A DNA stretch of 64,000 bases, taken from contig MU619360.1 in the NCBI GenBank assembly GCA_025201805.1, positions 1 to 64,000 of the forward strand. Reading direction: 5' to 3'. The notes under the pieces are model-generated. The model ran no database searches and was not told where the DNA came from. It was given only the letters and a program-made list of their open reading frames with translations. Positions 41,433 through 55,072 of the stretch are shown piece by piece (positions within the stretch are counted from its first letter, which is position 1; the number at the start of each line of letters is the position of its first letter). The stretch is from Parasitella parasitica NRRL 2501 (lineage: Eukaryota > Fungi > Mucoromycota). Position numbers and translations under genes: made by a program.

Positions 41433-42298
41433 TTTTTTTTAAATGTGCCAAAAGATGAAAAATGAGTTAATGGAAGGGTTCCTATGGATTTGATTTATGA
41501 AATGTTAAAAAAAAAAAAGCTTTTAGTCGACTGCTTTTAGTGACCATTTTGTTCTTTTCTTCATTTAATGCATCATGTCTTCATAACGTATATTGTTAAG
41601 CAAACGAGATGTACCAAAGAAAAACTTGATAGCTTTTCACAATATGTTAACAGATCGCCCGTTTGGCCAGTGAATATGCAATAAAATTTAAAGGAAAGCG
41701 CTTTTGAATTTGTGTGGGAGAGAGTGATTTTGCTTCATATCATCGATTATTTATAAATCAGCCCTAATGAATCTACTCCACAAACACTGTATTATGAATA
41801 GTTATCGTCTTCTTTCAACAATGACTCTATATGCCATTTTTCTATTTCAGTTCTATGCATTATAGTAATTCTGTTTTCAATAAAATTAAATGTTTGCATG
41901 CATACTATCGACCATTTGTGAAGCTCATTGGCGGCAGCCGCTATGTATTATGTCTCGTTCCTTCGTATGGATACTGAATACAGCTTAATTCGCATACATC
42001 ATCTTTATACACCAAATTTATTTTCTCTTATTCTTTTCTTCATGGCAGCCTTTACTTTAATATACTATCTTGTCTTTTCTTTGCCTCATATTGTGTTTTG
42101 TAAATAAAAATCAGGAGGACATATCCCTTAAAAAAAAAAAAAAAAAAAAAAGTTTGACTGAAAAACAGAGCCACGATTTGATCGTCATGTTGGTAAAAAG
42201 AGCCTTTATTTTGAAAGCTGACAACTAGTGATCTACAAGCAGCTGCGTTTTGTTGGGGCGCTTCTTCTTGTCGAGGTGCGCACATACGGTATTATCGA

Positions 42299-43606
42299 AT
42301 GGTCCTTCCCAAAATCACTTTCTCTCAACTCACCGAGAAAATCAAGCAAGATCAGCTCCTTCTAAAAAATACAAGATTTATTCTCGTTCTTGATTTGGGA
42401 TTCGACCCTGACGATGTCTTTGCTGTCGATTACGCTATCAGGCATATTAAAACAAACATTGCTCTTATTGTCACTAGTTTCTACAAGACTCATGAAAAAG
42501 CGCTAGAGACATTGATCCACTTATATTCTCAAGGAATCTACGATATTCCTGTCGCCCCTGGCATTGCTTTTGCAGACAACGATGACAAGAATGACTCCAA
42601 GTTCAAGAAAGAAGTCCCGTTGTGGCCCGCATCCTTTGGTTATGCTAGTGATTCAGAATCTCTCATCGGCAATCATTTCAAGAACTATATCAAGAATATC
42701 AAGTGTCCTCCTGAGATCCTGGAGCGGATGACTAGATATGCTTACGACGTTTATAAGAACCCTGATTATACTACCAGCCTTGTTAGGAAAGTTTTAGCCG
42801 ATGCAAAAAAGGATAATGTGCATATTGGCGTTCTTGCTCAAGGGCCTTTGACAGATGTTTCCTCTTGGATCGATAAAGGCTACTTTAAAGATGGCCCTGA
42901 CGTCTCAATTTCGTATGTCATGAATGGGGCTTTCTTTGAAGAAGGCCAGGAGTATGTTATGGAGCGCCTTGGTTACAACTATATGATGGACCCTGATTCT
43001 GCAGCCAATTTCTTCAAGAACATGCCTGGCTATATTGTTATTATCAGCCCTGACTTTTGCCGGACGAACAATTTTGTATTGAATGAGGACGACTACGATA
43101 AGTTGATGGCTATGTTGAATTCTGGAGACATTGATGTTAAAAAAGCACTTGCTGCTGATATAGATTTGTTTTACAAAAAGAAACCTCGCTCAGTATCTTT
43201 ATCACTTGCTGATTGTGGTGTGCCTTATTTTGCCCATCAGCCGGAGAAGATGGTCGATGGTGTAGCTGCTAAATTCTGTAAATCTGACGAACATCATGTC
43301 GGTCCGAACATCACTTCCGTTGCATATGTCCAAGACGAACATTTTCTCAACGCTGACCCTTACAAGTATGCTCAACTGAGTGTCGAACCAAGCAACATAT
43401 TCTTTATAACTAGTGCAGAAGATATGGAGACTATGAAAGCCAGCATTATGGACACAATCATTGAATCTGTAAAAATGAGAAGACCTTTTCAGGAGATGGT
43501 TCTTCCTGGAATCAAAAAGTTGATGGAGAGAGACGGCTATAATTGGGAGTGTCCTGATTTTGAAAATCAATTGAAGCACACATCAATAGATAATTCAAGC
43601 AATTAA
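42299..43606 (+). CDS. Divergent inosine-uridine nucleoside hydrolase-fold protein, intronless
   Basis: DLGFDPDDVFA (DxGxDxDD), IPVAPG, QGPLTDV, YNYMMDPDSA, LADC at the LHDP position. Confidence 0.7.
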   Translation: MVLPKITFSQLTEKIKQDQLLLKNTRFILVLDLGFDPDDVFAVDYAIRHIKTNIALIVTSFYKTHEKALETLIHLYSQGIYDIPVAPGIAFADNDDKNDSKFKKEVPLWPASFGYASDSESLIGNHFKNYIKNIKCPPEILERMTRYAYDVYKNPDYTTSLVRKVLADAKKDNVHIGVLAQGPLTDVSSWIDKGYFKDGPDVSISYVMNGAFFEEGQEYVMERLGYNYMMDPDSAANFFKNMPGYIVIISPDFCRTNNFVLNEDDYDKLMAMLNSGDIDVKKALAADIDLFYKKKPRSVSLSLADCGVPYFAHQPEKMVDGVAAKFCKSDEHHVGPNITSVAYVQDEHFLNADPYKYAQLSVEPSNIFFITSAEDMETMKASIMDTIIESVKMRRPFQEMVLPGIKKLMERDGYNWECPDFENQLKHTSIDNSSN

Positions 43607-44363
43607 CGCATAAAGAAAAGTAAATCAATTAATTCAGGAAGTTGTGTATTTACCTGCTTTTTGGGTTTAGAAAAACTTAAAACCAACTAAAAAGCCTTAC
43701 TCAAGACATGAGTAGCTAATTAAATCTTTTCACTAAAAAATCTTTCAAAAGCTTCAATGCAATACATGCGTTGCTTGTGAATCCTTTATGTTCAAATATG
43801 GAACAAGACAAGAGTCCCAAAAGGTCATTGACTATTACTTTTCACATGAATCCATCACCGAAATCCTGTTTTGTTTTTCGAATGAAATAAACGCCCTGAA
43901 TTCTCAACCATCAGTTTCTTTCCAGCTTAAGGGCATAATACTAGATTTTAAATATCTTGGGAAAATAGACATGTTCGATTCAACAAACTATTGTGTACCT
44001 TGTATTTTCGTTTAGATGGCAAATTATGGGCGATATTGTTATACTAATATTGTGGTGATGCTCTTTTGTTTTGGTATTGTTTGGGTACAGATGCATATTA
44101 GAAGTTATACCGTATTATGTATAATTGATGAATATTTTTGAAGAAATTGCTCACTTCACTCGCAGCAAGTGCTGAGCCAGGCAATCGAAAACAGGAAAAA
44201 CCCCTCCACAAAAGAGACGAATTTCCGAGTTTTTGGGATCAAGCCATTGTGTGCAGATCAGCTATTATGTTTTTTTTTATTGTGTTTTCAATGCATGTAT
44301 GCTACTTTTAAGTATCAATTGCATTCATCATGTCAGCGATCGATGTCCCAAAACAAAAAAATC

Positions 44364-46051
44364 TCAATCCAACGAAATAGGAGATGTTACCAACTGCTCT
44401 TCTTGATCATCATTTTCAGCGTTAACAAGTGGGCTTAAAGTGTCATTTGTAAGAGTAGGTGACACCGTGTCTGGATTGCTGCCTTGGCTCGACTTGACTC
44501 GTCTTTTGGCTCCGACATCAATACGAGAACTTGCCGAGTCCTTGAAAGATAGCTTTTCATGATATACCAGTAAGTCACCGCCACTGGGCTTATGTTTCAC
44601 ATTGTCCAGAGAGCCCACTTTAGAAGAGATTTCCTTGGATTTAATAAATTCATACTTGTCGTCATAAATCTTGAGATTGCCACCACCTGGCTTGTGCTTG
44701 ATGTTATCCAGAGAACCGACTTTTGAGTTGATCTCCTTGGACTTGATGAGCTCACATTTGTCGTAAATTTTAATATCGCCTCCACCTGGCTTATGCTTGA
44801 TATTATCTAGTGAGCCTACTTTGGATGCAATATCTTTTGATTTGATGAAAGCGGCACGATCATCGTAGATCTGTACCAGGCCACCTCCGGGTTTATGTTT
44901 TATGTTATCTAATGAGCCGACTTTTGAAGAGGCATCCTTGAATTTAGTCAGGGCGGTTTTGTCTTTGTAAATCTTGACTTGGCCTCCTCCAGGTTTGTAC
45001 TTGATATTGTCCTTGGAACCAACCCTAGATTTGATTTCCTTGGTCTTCACTAGAGGGGTTTTCTCGTCAAAGATCTGCACCAAACCTCCTCCTGGATTGT
45101 GCTTGATATTATCTTTAGAACCCACCTTTGACTTGACCTCCTTCTTGTCAAACACTGCTTTAGCGTCGTAGATCTGCACTAGGCCGCCTCCCGGTTTGTG
45201 TTTGATGTTGTCCTTGGAACCTACTTTTGATTTGACTTGCTTAAACTTGACAAACGTCAAATTGTCGTGGTAGATTTTTACTGATCCTCCTCCAGGCTTA
45301 TGCTTCATATTGTCTTTTGAGCCCACCTTGGCAGTAACATTGGCAGAGATGCGTTCTTTCAAAGCGCCTAAATTTTCGTCAAACACTCGTTTGGTGCTAC
45401 CAGTTGGTCTGGGCTTCACATGACTAGGTACATGAGAGTATAGTTAATTAACTCCCTTATGGCATCTCTGTGCGCGTTTGTTGTTCGTGGGACTTACACG
45501 GAATCCGGGCGAGGTGAGGTTAAAGGAGATGCAATGGAGGACCTTTTGGATGAGCCTCTGCTTGCGTCGCTTTTCAATGTGGAGGGTCTTGTAATAACTG
45601 ATAATTGAGGCGTACTTTTCGTTCCCAAGATGTGCTGTGTAGATGGAGATTCTAAATTAAACCCACCCCTCAATATATTTAATACGTTTGCATGATACGA
45701 TACACTTGGTCTTTTTTTTTTCCGCCCAATCAAAATGTGTAAAATTAACGTACCTCGACTAGTTTCACTTTCACTACTATCGCTAATTTCTGGGCTGCGC
45801 TGTGGGTTTGCAGCAGCGGCTGGCTTTGACAATTGAGCAGCCTTTTTCTTGGCAATGCCGACAGTAGATCTCCTGTCACTGATTGATGCCGTGCTATGGC
45901 TACTTGCGCTTTTGTTGTCAGCCAAAGACGGGGCTGAAAGAGGCTTTTTGCCAGATGTTGAGGGTGTCAAAGGCTGAGAGCCAAGACGAATGGATGTAGC
46001 TGTCATTTTCGATTCAGTGAGTTTCCGATGACTGTTGGTGGATGTGGCCAT
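44364..46051 (-). CDS. Tau/MAP2/MAP4-like microtubule-associated protein with 8 repeats (~503 aa)
   Basis: Exons 46051-45754, 45651-45498 and 45423-44364 splice in frame (1512 nt). Basic S/T/P-rich N-terminus, eight (K/R)VGSxDNxKxxPGGG repeats (last one PSGG), then HEKLSFKDSASSRIDVG. Confidence 0.88.
44510..45340 (-). repeat. Coding tandem repeat, 99-102 bp period, synonymously diverged
   Basis: 33-34 aa spacing between KVGS motifs; third codon positions differ between units. Confidence 0.9.
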
Positions 46052-46367
46052 CTTTGTGTAAAAGGGGGAAAAAAAGAAGAAGAAAAAAGAAAGAGGGCTT
46101 TTTCACAACCAATTAAGCAAAATCAGAATTTATAAACGCACTGTACTTTTCAGACAATAGAGCAAAAAATCCAGTTGCACAAAAATTCAATAATGCTATC
46201 CTCATCCACGTGGGTGGATGCGCCTTTTCGCTGTTCTTTTTTGTTCAAAGAGTTTATTTTATGGTATGAAATTTGGGTGGGTGTTCTTCTTTTTCTTTTA
46301 AATGTGTGTGAGTGCCCATTAAATAAAATAAAAAAAAAAGGACTTTGTATCTTTCTTTTGCTCCTCT

Positions 46368-48425
<2,058 letters not shown>

Positions 48426-49174
48426 GTTGTGTTATGTTTTTTCTGCTTTGCTGAAGAGGGAGAATAGAGAAAAAGAAGAAAAAAGATGCGTCGGGTGTAG
48501 TATCTGATATATGAACATAAACTCTCTTGTGTTGTTTGAGTTTCGTCAACGTCACGAACATGAACGTCGGGTATTTAACGATTTAGACGTATGTCAATCA
48601 CATAAACCACCTTACTCTTACTTGAAAACATCAGTTCATAGATCAGATCTCGAAAGAGTCTTCTGTACTCGTGGATTTCTTTCGAGAAAATACAAGGAAA
48701 CTGGACGGCAATGCACTTTGGAATGCTGAGTTTCGATAGCAACATTCAGGGCAAATGTCTTTCCTTGAATCCTTCAATGTAGCCATTATGCTGATGCCAA
48801 TGCAATCGAAAATCCGCTTTTAGCAGCTTTCAATAGAGGAGATATCAAGCTTTTCAGTTTTATATACATTGAGCTTAAGCTTGAGCTCAATTAAAGCGTC
48901 TGCTTATATCCCTTTCCGTGAGGTCCGTGCTTGTTTGCAAGATGATTACCACAGCCAAAGAAATTGTACAAATCCTTGCCATATATATACACACAGGGTG
49001 GAAAAGGCTAATACACTGCTACTACGTTGTAGAATAGACAAGCGATTCACTGATATATTAGTTACATGTCTTTTGAAATCCCCCCAAGCAATCAGATATC
49101 CCGGTTTACAACTCTTTTTATTGCAAAATTCTTTTTTTTTTACATATCTTATTTTGCCCCTTGTTTATATATAA

Positions 49175-50049
49175 ATGACAGTGGCCTCTGTAGCAGCAGC
49201 CATAGTTGGTATTCCAGCGCTCCTTGTAGCAATGGCTCACATAAATTCTCTTCCGTTTTCATACACCATCAGATCTTGGTGGTTACTGCGAGCATTGGTG
49301 GCAAGAGCCGAGAAACTTGAATTAAAGCCAGAATGTATGTTTGAGAATACAGTGCACCTATATTCGTTGCTTATATCGATCGTGTATACGTATGTAATAG
49401 ATTTGTTTGCTATAGTGTCGCAATCACAGCGTTGTATGTGGGATGATATCGATTATAATCAGCATATGGTAACTACTTTATGAATGTATTGACAGTCTAC
49501 AAAACTAACCACCTGGTAGAATAATAGGTTTGTTTAAAAGTTTTAAAATGCCATATCGAAAGACAGTGATACTTAGTAAGAAATATTCATAGCACATACA
49601 ACAAAAACCTGGATTTCTGTAGGATTCATTTGCTCTACGTTGTTTTACCGAAAATCATGATGGAACCTGATCACAACATCTTTGCACACAATGCAGGTGT
49701 GTTTACATTATTTAAGAAGGAGATTCCACCTTTACAGCCCTACACAATTGAAACTCGGATTTGGACATGGAACGAAAAGTGGCTCTTTTTGCAACATCGA
49801 TTTGTCATCACTGGGGGAAATACAGTACAAGTGTGTTGTATTGCAACTAGCAAAATTGTATTCAAATTGACATCAGGAAAAACAGTGTCGCCTGCTGAAA
49901 TCTTTCAGATCTGTGGACACTTTGATACAATCCATGATCAGGTTATCGAAGCAAGAAGGCGCAAGAGCTGGGAAAGTGCTAAATATTTATTGACAATGCA
50001 ACATGACTGGAGTAATGATGGTAGAAACGCAAAGGAAGCAAAGCTATAA
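49175..50049 (+). CDS. Hot-dog-fold thioesterase-like protein (THEM6/YBR096W type) ending in AKL
   Basis: Spliced motif DIDYNQHMNNSTYNKNLDFCR, FKKEIPPLQPYTIETRIWTWNEKWLFLQHRF. Requires an 8-nt exon at 49520-49527. Confidence 0.85.
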
Positions 50050-51700
50050 TTTGCTAGTGATTGCGTTTAAAAATGTCGGTGAACAGTATTTCATGTTGTG
50101 TGCTATAAAGGCGTATCATCAGAATCAATAAATTACAAACCCATCAACACTTACTTCTCCAGTCATTTTGAAGACATGTACACTTTAATTCAGCATACTT
50201 GTACAAATCCCTTGGGCAAACAGATCCAGCGCCATATTCGTAGCCTGGCACATCTGCGAACGCAATTTCTGATCGCTTTAGGAATAGGCTTGCTGCAACA
50301 GTTTGCGGCATAGCATCACCCCATCTTTTTTTTTTTTTTCCATTCGAGTGAGTTGTATGTACATCTATACAAATGTTGCCTTATTCGACTTACTTGTGAT
50401 AAAAGAACCCCCCGGAAGCGTCCAACTCGTCAAAGTATTTCGTGTATTCCTTTGATTTCAAAAATTGAAGCGAAAATATAGCGAAATTGTTGTAGATCAT
50501 GCAGTTTGAAAAATGGCCGTTGTATTCGCCCAGTGGATTGCTTGGGTCTAACTGTTTGTGCCTGCTATCTTCACTCCAAAGGCCCTTGAAAATGCTTTTA
50601 CTAGTCGGCTGGATAATATCCTTGTTTTCTATGATAAACTTGTCCAAAACGTCGTTGAATTCAGCAAGGTTTTCGTGATTTTCAGTTAGTGTCAATGCAA
50701 ATGCTGTGCGTGAGGTTAGCATACAATGCACGTCATATGCTGCAAAACTTACCCAATTTTTGGTTCTTTGCCTTGATTGTCTTGAAAGGATCAACTGCAA
50801 TATCACAGGTATAGCGCGAACCAGCTTGCACCTTCCAATAATACTCTAAATCTTTCAACAGAGGGTGGTGAGCAATGAACCCCATGTTATATCTGGAAAG
50901 AGTGAATGAAGATTTAATTAACACGTTCGTAACAACAGCAGAAACAAACAACAAACAAACACTTGCCTAGTCATTCTTCGCCAGCTCATACTCTCGCCAT
51001 TATTGATGTTGTGATCCTTGACCATCTGCATCATATTTCTCTCAGCCTTTTTAACATCAATCCAGTAAGGTTCTTGCCATTCAATTGCTGGTGCTTGGCC
51101 AAAATACACAGGTGCCTTGCTTGCATTGGTAATCCATTCTCTGAATTTTTTAGAAAATACCTTGTCGCTAATGATAACCCATGGATATCCCTCGCGTTCA
51201 TTGAAGCTGCGTTCAAGCTCTATCATTGTACTTCTTAGTTTGTAGACCTCTTCTTCCTGCACTAGTGCTACCAGGGCAGCCTTAACTTTAGTAGTTGAGT
51301 TCGCGACGTCTTCCCAGTTGAGGTAGGTATCAGGAGCAACGTAATCAGTGTTAAATGGCTTCAGCTTCTGTTGATGTGGGGCATAATTTAAGAATGAAGG
51401 GTCGTTGAACTTTTCCTTGATGCTTTTGAGAATGCTTTCTGCACTTGCATTGTATGCGCTTGATCTGTATGACGATTGATTAGGTGTGAGGAATAAGTAC
51501 CCTGTAATCAATAAAATCACACTGCCTGTCAATGACCACACAATGTTGCGCTGTATCCAAAAGAACATGCGGCTCCAGTAGGTATGGTAAATGGTTTTTG
51601 GCCACCATCTGTCTTGATTTGGTTTGATGGTAATCCGATGGGGACCAGGAGAAAGAGATCGTTCAGCGTCCAAGAGGGTTTCACCAGAATTGACCACCAT
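50044..51700 (-). CDS. GT15 alpha-1,2-mannosyltransferase (KRE2/MNT1 family), type II membrane protein
   Basis: TM near N-terminus, LERSFN..YPWV, SWRRMTRYNMGF..HPLL.DLEYYW, YF.ELDASGGFFYHKWGDA. Last exon 50102-50044 is inferred; otherwise the stop lies at ~50144. Confidence 0.88.
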
Positions 51701-52457
51701 TGAACTGTTTTCTTGTAGTGAAGGAAAGAAAGGAAAAAAGAGGAACATACAAACATAAATCAAACAAGGTACTAAAAAAATATGTATATGTTGATAATTA
51801 GTATTAATTAGGCAAGATGAAAGTGTCAACTGCAGCAGTAGTGTATTTTTTGCTCGATACAACAAGCAAATGTACATGCATTCTTCAAGCAGGAATGTCT
51901 CTCTTGAAATATTATTATCAATATTGTAGTTTCCAATATTTTCTTACTTTCCACCTCATAAAACAGGGTAGGCCATATACAACATACCTCCGGCACACAC
52001 AAGTGTACCGCTACCACCTGGGTCTAAGTTTCTTTTTACCATTTCCAGAGACTTGCAACCTGGAAATGTTGATCTTTGGTTTTAGATCTGATGTGGCAAA
52101 AGGCCGAGATGTTGGCCTCAAAGCAATTGAACTTTCCCCTTCCCTTCAACGCTTGTAGAAACAATACCAAAGCACTAGGGAAACTAGGCTTACAGCGACG
52201 AGCTCATGAAGCGGTATTATGATAAGGCTTTCAAGCAAAAGTTTACAATATAAGCTTTCGATAAAGGCAGGTACGATGTGTGGACGGCTCCTCCATCGCT
52301 CTTCTCAAACTGCCTACTCGAGAGCAGCCTTATTACACATTGCAAGTAGCCCCTTCCCCCAAATAATGAGAACCGACTGTGTCATCCTTTTCCAATAGCA
52401 TGGCTGTACTCTAGAACAAATGACACGAGTTAATACAGCGATCTTTCATTTCATAAC

Positions 52458-52790
52458 TTTTTTTTTTGTAGTTAATGTTTTAAGTACTATGATTTTATTT
52501 TATGATTATGTTTTTTTTAGGGAGCAGTTTATCAGTGTAACAAACTGTCCTGGACAAAAAGTGTTCCATTGAGGCGGGGGAGAGCGGTGCCGTATTTTGA
52601 TTACCGTGAAGCCAATACAGATTCCATATTTGCCAGACGGTGGTAGATATAACGGCGGTGTATTTAGAGGGATCTTTAATAAAACGAGCAAGATGTAGAT
52701 AACGCACGGTGCCATAAGTGATTTCTGAAGTCAAAGGATAGTTGGACAGTCAATGAGAAAATGCCTCAGGGTATGTCTTAAATACTGCCT
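52458..52790 (-). mobile_element. 5'-truncated non-LTR (LINE) retrotransposon relic
   Basis: TLRHFLIDCP and ISTTVWQIWNLYW are zf-RVT-type C-terminal motifs, followed by an A-rich tail (T10 at ~52458-52467 on plus). Confidence 0.7.
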
Positions 52791-53246
52791 GAGATCCAAG
52801 GCCGCTCACCATGAGGTCTGATTCCATCCTGAGCAACACCAGCGCCATTCGGTTCAAAAGTATCGTAATAAAGTGTCAATCCTTGAAAGCAATATGCGGA
52901 GAGCAGCTTTTGGAGACTTGGATATCAATAGTCGATTCCATTTGCGTTCCAGATGCTTGTTACTCATCCTGCGCCAATCTACATGCTTCACTCCAAACTT
53001 TTGGATAATCTTTGATGAACTTGAGCCTTGGCCGAAACCAACGAAATCAATCGCCCAAAGTATTTTTCAAGAGGTCATCTTTTACGAAGCCTACAAGAAG
53101 AGAATGATTGGTTTTCCTTGTCGTATGTTGCTTCCTCTCTGTTTTGCGTTATTTTCCCCATCTTTACGTATAAATGTATAAATAAAGTTTGTAATATAGT
53201 ATCTGCCAAGTTAGTTCACAATCCCAAGGCTTAATCGCTGCTTCTA

Positions 53247-54889
53247 CGGTTGTCTATTGACAAACATTTGTGATTCTGGGTGTATATATGTCTGTTGACT
53301 TTGGATCAAAAAATTTTAACTGGATTCAGGAACGAAGAGCGAGATTAAGAATAAACACATTTATGTCCTTGGGACTTCATAAATTTCTACACAGATAACT
53401 TTATATGAATGAATGTGTTTTGGGAGATTGCTTCCTTTTCTTTGGCATTTTCTAGTATAGAAGATCTTGTCAGCTAAGTACCAAGCTGGGTTCTCTGTAT
53501 CCAGTTGCACAGTAAAACAGCTAGTCAAACCTGTGCCATCTTTTCCATAATATTGGAATGGTTCAAAAGTGTGTGCCTTTGCAAAGCCAGTGTAGATTTC
53601 AGGTGCCTGATTTTTTTTTTGGTCTATGCAAACTTTAGCGTGTCTTGTCAGAAAAAAGACAAAAAACTGTAAGAAAACAATATCTAATGATCTCAAACAT
53701 AAATAAAAGTAATAAATTAGACTATAAGACATCTTTTGATAACATATTTGCGTAGCTTAGAGCAAATTTTTGTACTTTTCAAGTTGACATCAGATGAAGG
53801 TAACGACTTTTTTGGAAAAATATTTTTCAAAATCGGAGCGTGAGATCGTCAGGCCAGGTAAAGACATGAAAGCACTATTATTAGAAAGCCAAGAAGCACA
53901 CAATTTGAATATACTATTTTTCAATTGTTTTTCTCTTAATTTGAGTAAGCTATGGTTTCTCAAAGGTGATGCTTTCTTCAAAAGAGAAAACATCATTTTT
54001 CTCTGATAGCGGAGATTAAGCGCGTCCAAAAACAGGAAGGAGAAATTCTTTCAGAAACTCAATTTGGACATTTCGAAAACAAAATTACTCCTTTGAGGCA
54101 AGGTATCATCTTCTGATACTATGCATACCACTGCTGTCAGTCTATGATAATAGCTGTATTTTTGGGCGCTCTATACGATGGTATCATTTCATAATTCCGG
54201 TATGCTTATGCAATTATTTCTGTTGAGAAAACCTCAAAAACAGATCAAGAGAGAAAAGTCAACATTTTGCTTAATTAGAGCGCATTTCCAGTCTTTGAGA
54301 TCAAGGAATAGACTTTCACGATCATTTTCTTTTAATATATACTATAGTAAAAAGTTGCATTTTTGGGGTCAAAATCGAGGATAATGCATAATCGACGATT
54401 TTAGATGTGTGGATACCAAGGAAAAAATCGAAAAAATCCGTCATTTTGGATAGAAAAAAAAATCATGCTCAAATTGCACCAAAATCATATATAATATAGC
54501 TTCTTCCCAATGGATACTATTTCTGGTGTTTTCAAGACACTTTCGATTATGAAAATCAATCAAGAAATGGTACACAAAGCTAAATTTTATGCTTTCAAGC
54601 TGTAAAAAATATCTATTTGGAGATGATATCAAGTCTATATCAATTCTAGTGCATGACACAGCTCTATAAAGTAAGTATTTTTGGTATCACAAGTATACCT
54701 TTCTACATAGTAAAACGATAAAACAGGTGTGGATCTTCTCCCAGAAACTTCTCAGCTTTTATCAGAAACCCCAATACATATTATCACAAACACTGTGATA
54801 TGTATCATTTACTTGAACTTTTTTTCCCAGAAACTGCAAAATGACAGTATAATGCGCCCTTCCATCCAGGCTTTCCGTCCGTCCAAAAT
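53247..54889 (+). repeat. Left inverted arm
   Basis: Reverse complement of 56953-58570. Confidence 0.92.
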
Positions 54890-55072
54890 TAAAAAAATTT
54901 ATAACGTGTCCGTCCATTTAGGCTTTCCGTCCGTCCAAATTATAAAAAACCTCTGTGTCCGTCCAGCCAAATTAAAAAAACCCCTATAAAGTGTCCAAGC
55001 CAAGATAAAAAAAGGTGCCTTCACAGAAAAGTAATAAATGAATTCCTTACTTTTCATTTTTCTTTGGAACAA

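Noticed and set aside
44510-45340. Repeat-spacer pattern resembling a CRISPR array
   Set aside because: The units are in-frame protein repeats with synonymous divergence in a eukaryotic gene.
53790-54659. Short ORFs in the arms as genuine duplicated genes
   Set aside because: No motifs; they appear twice only because of the inverted repeat.
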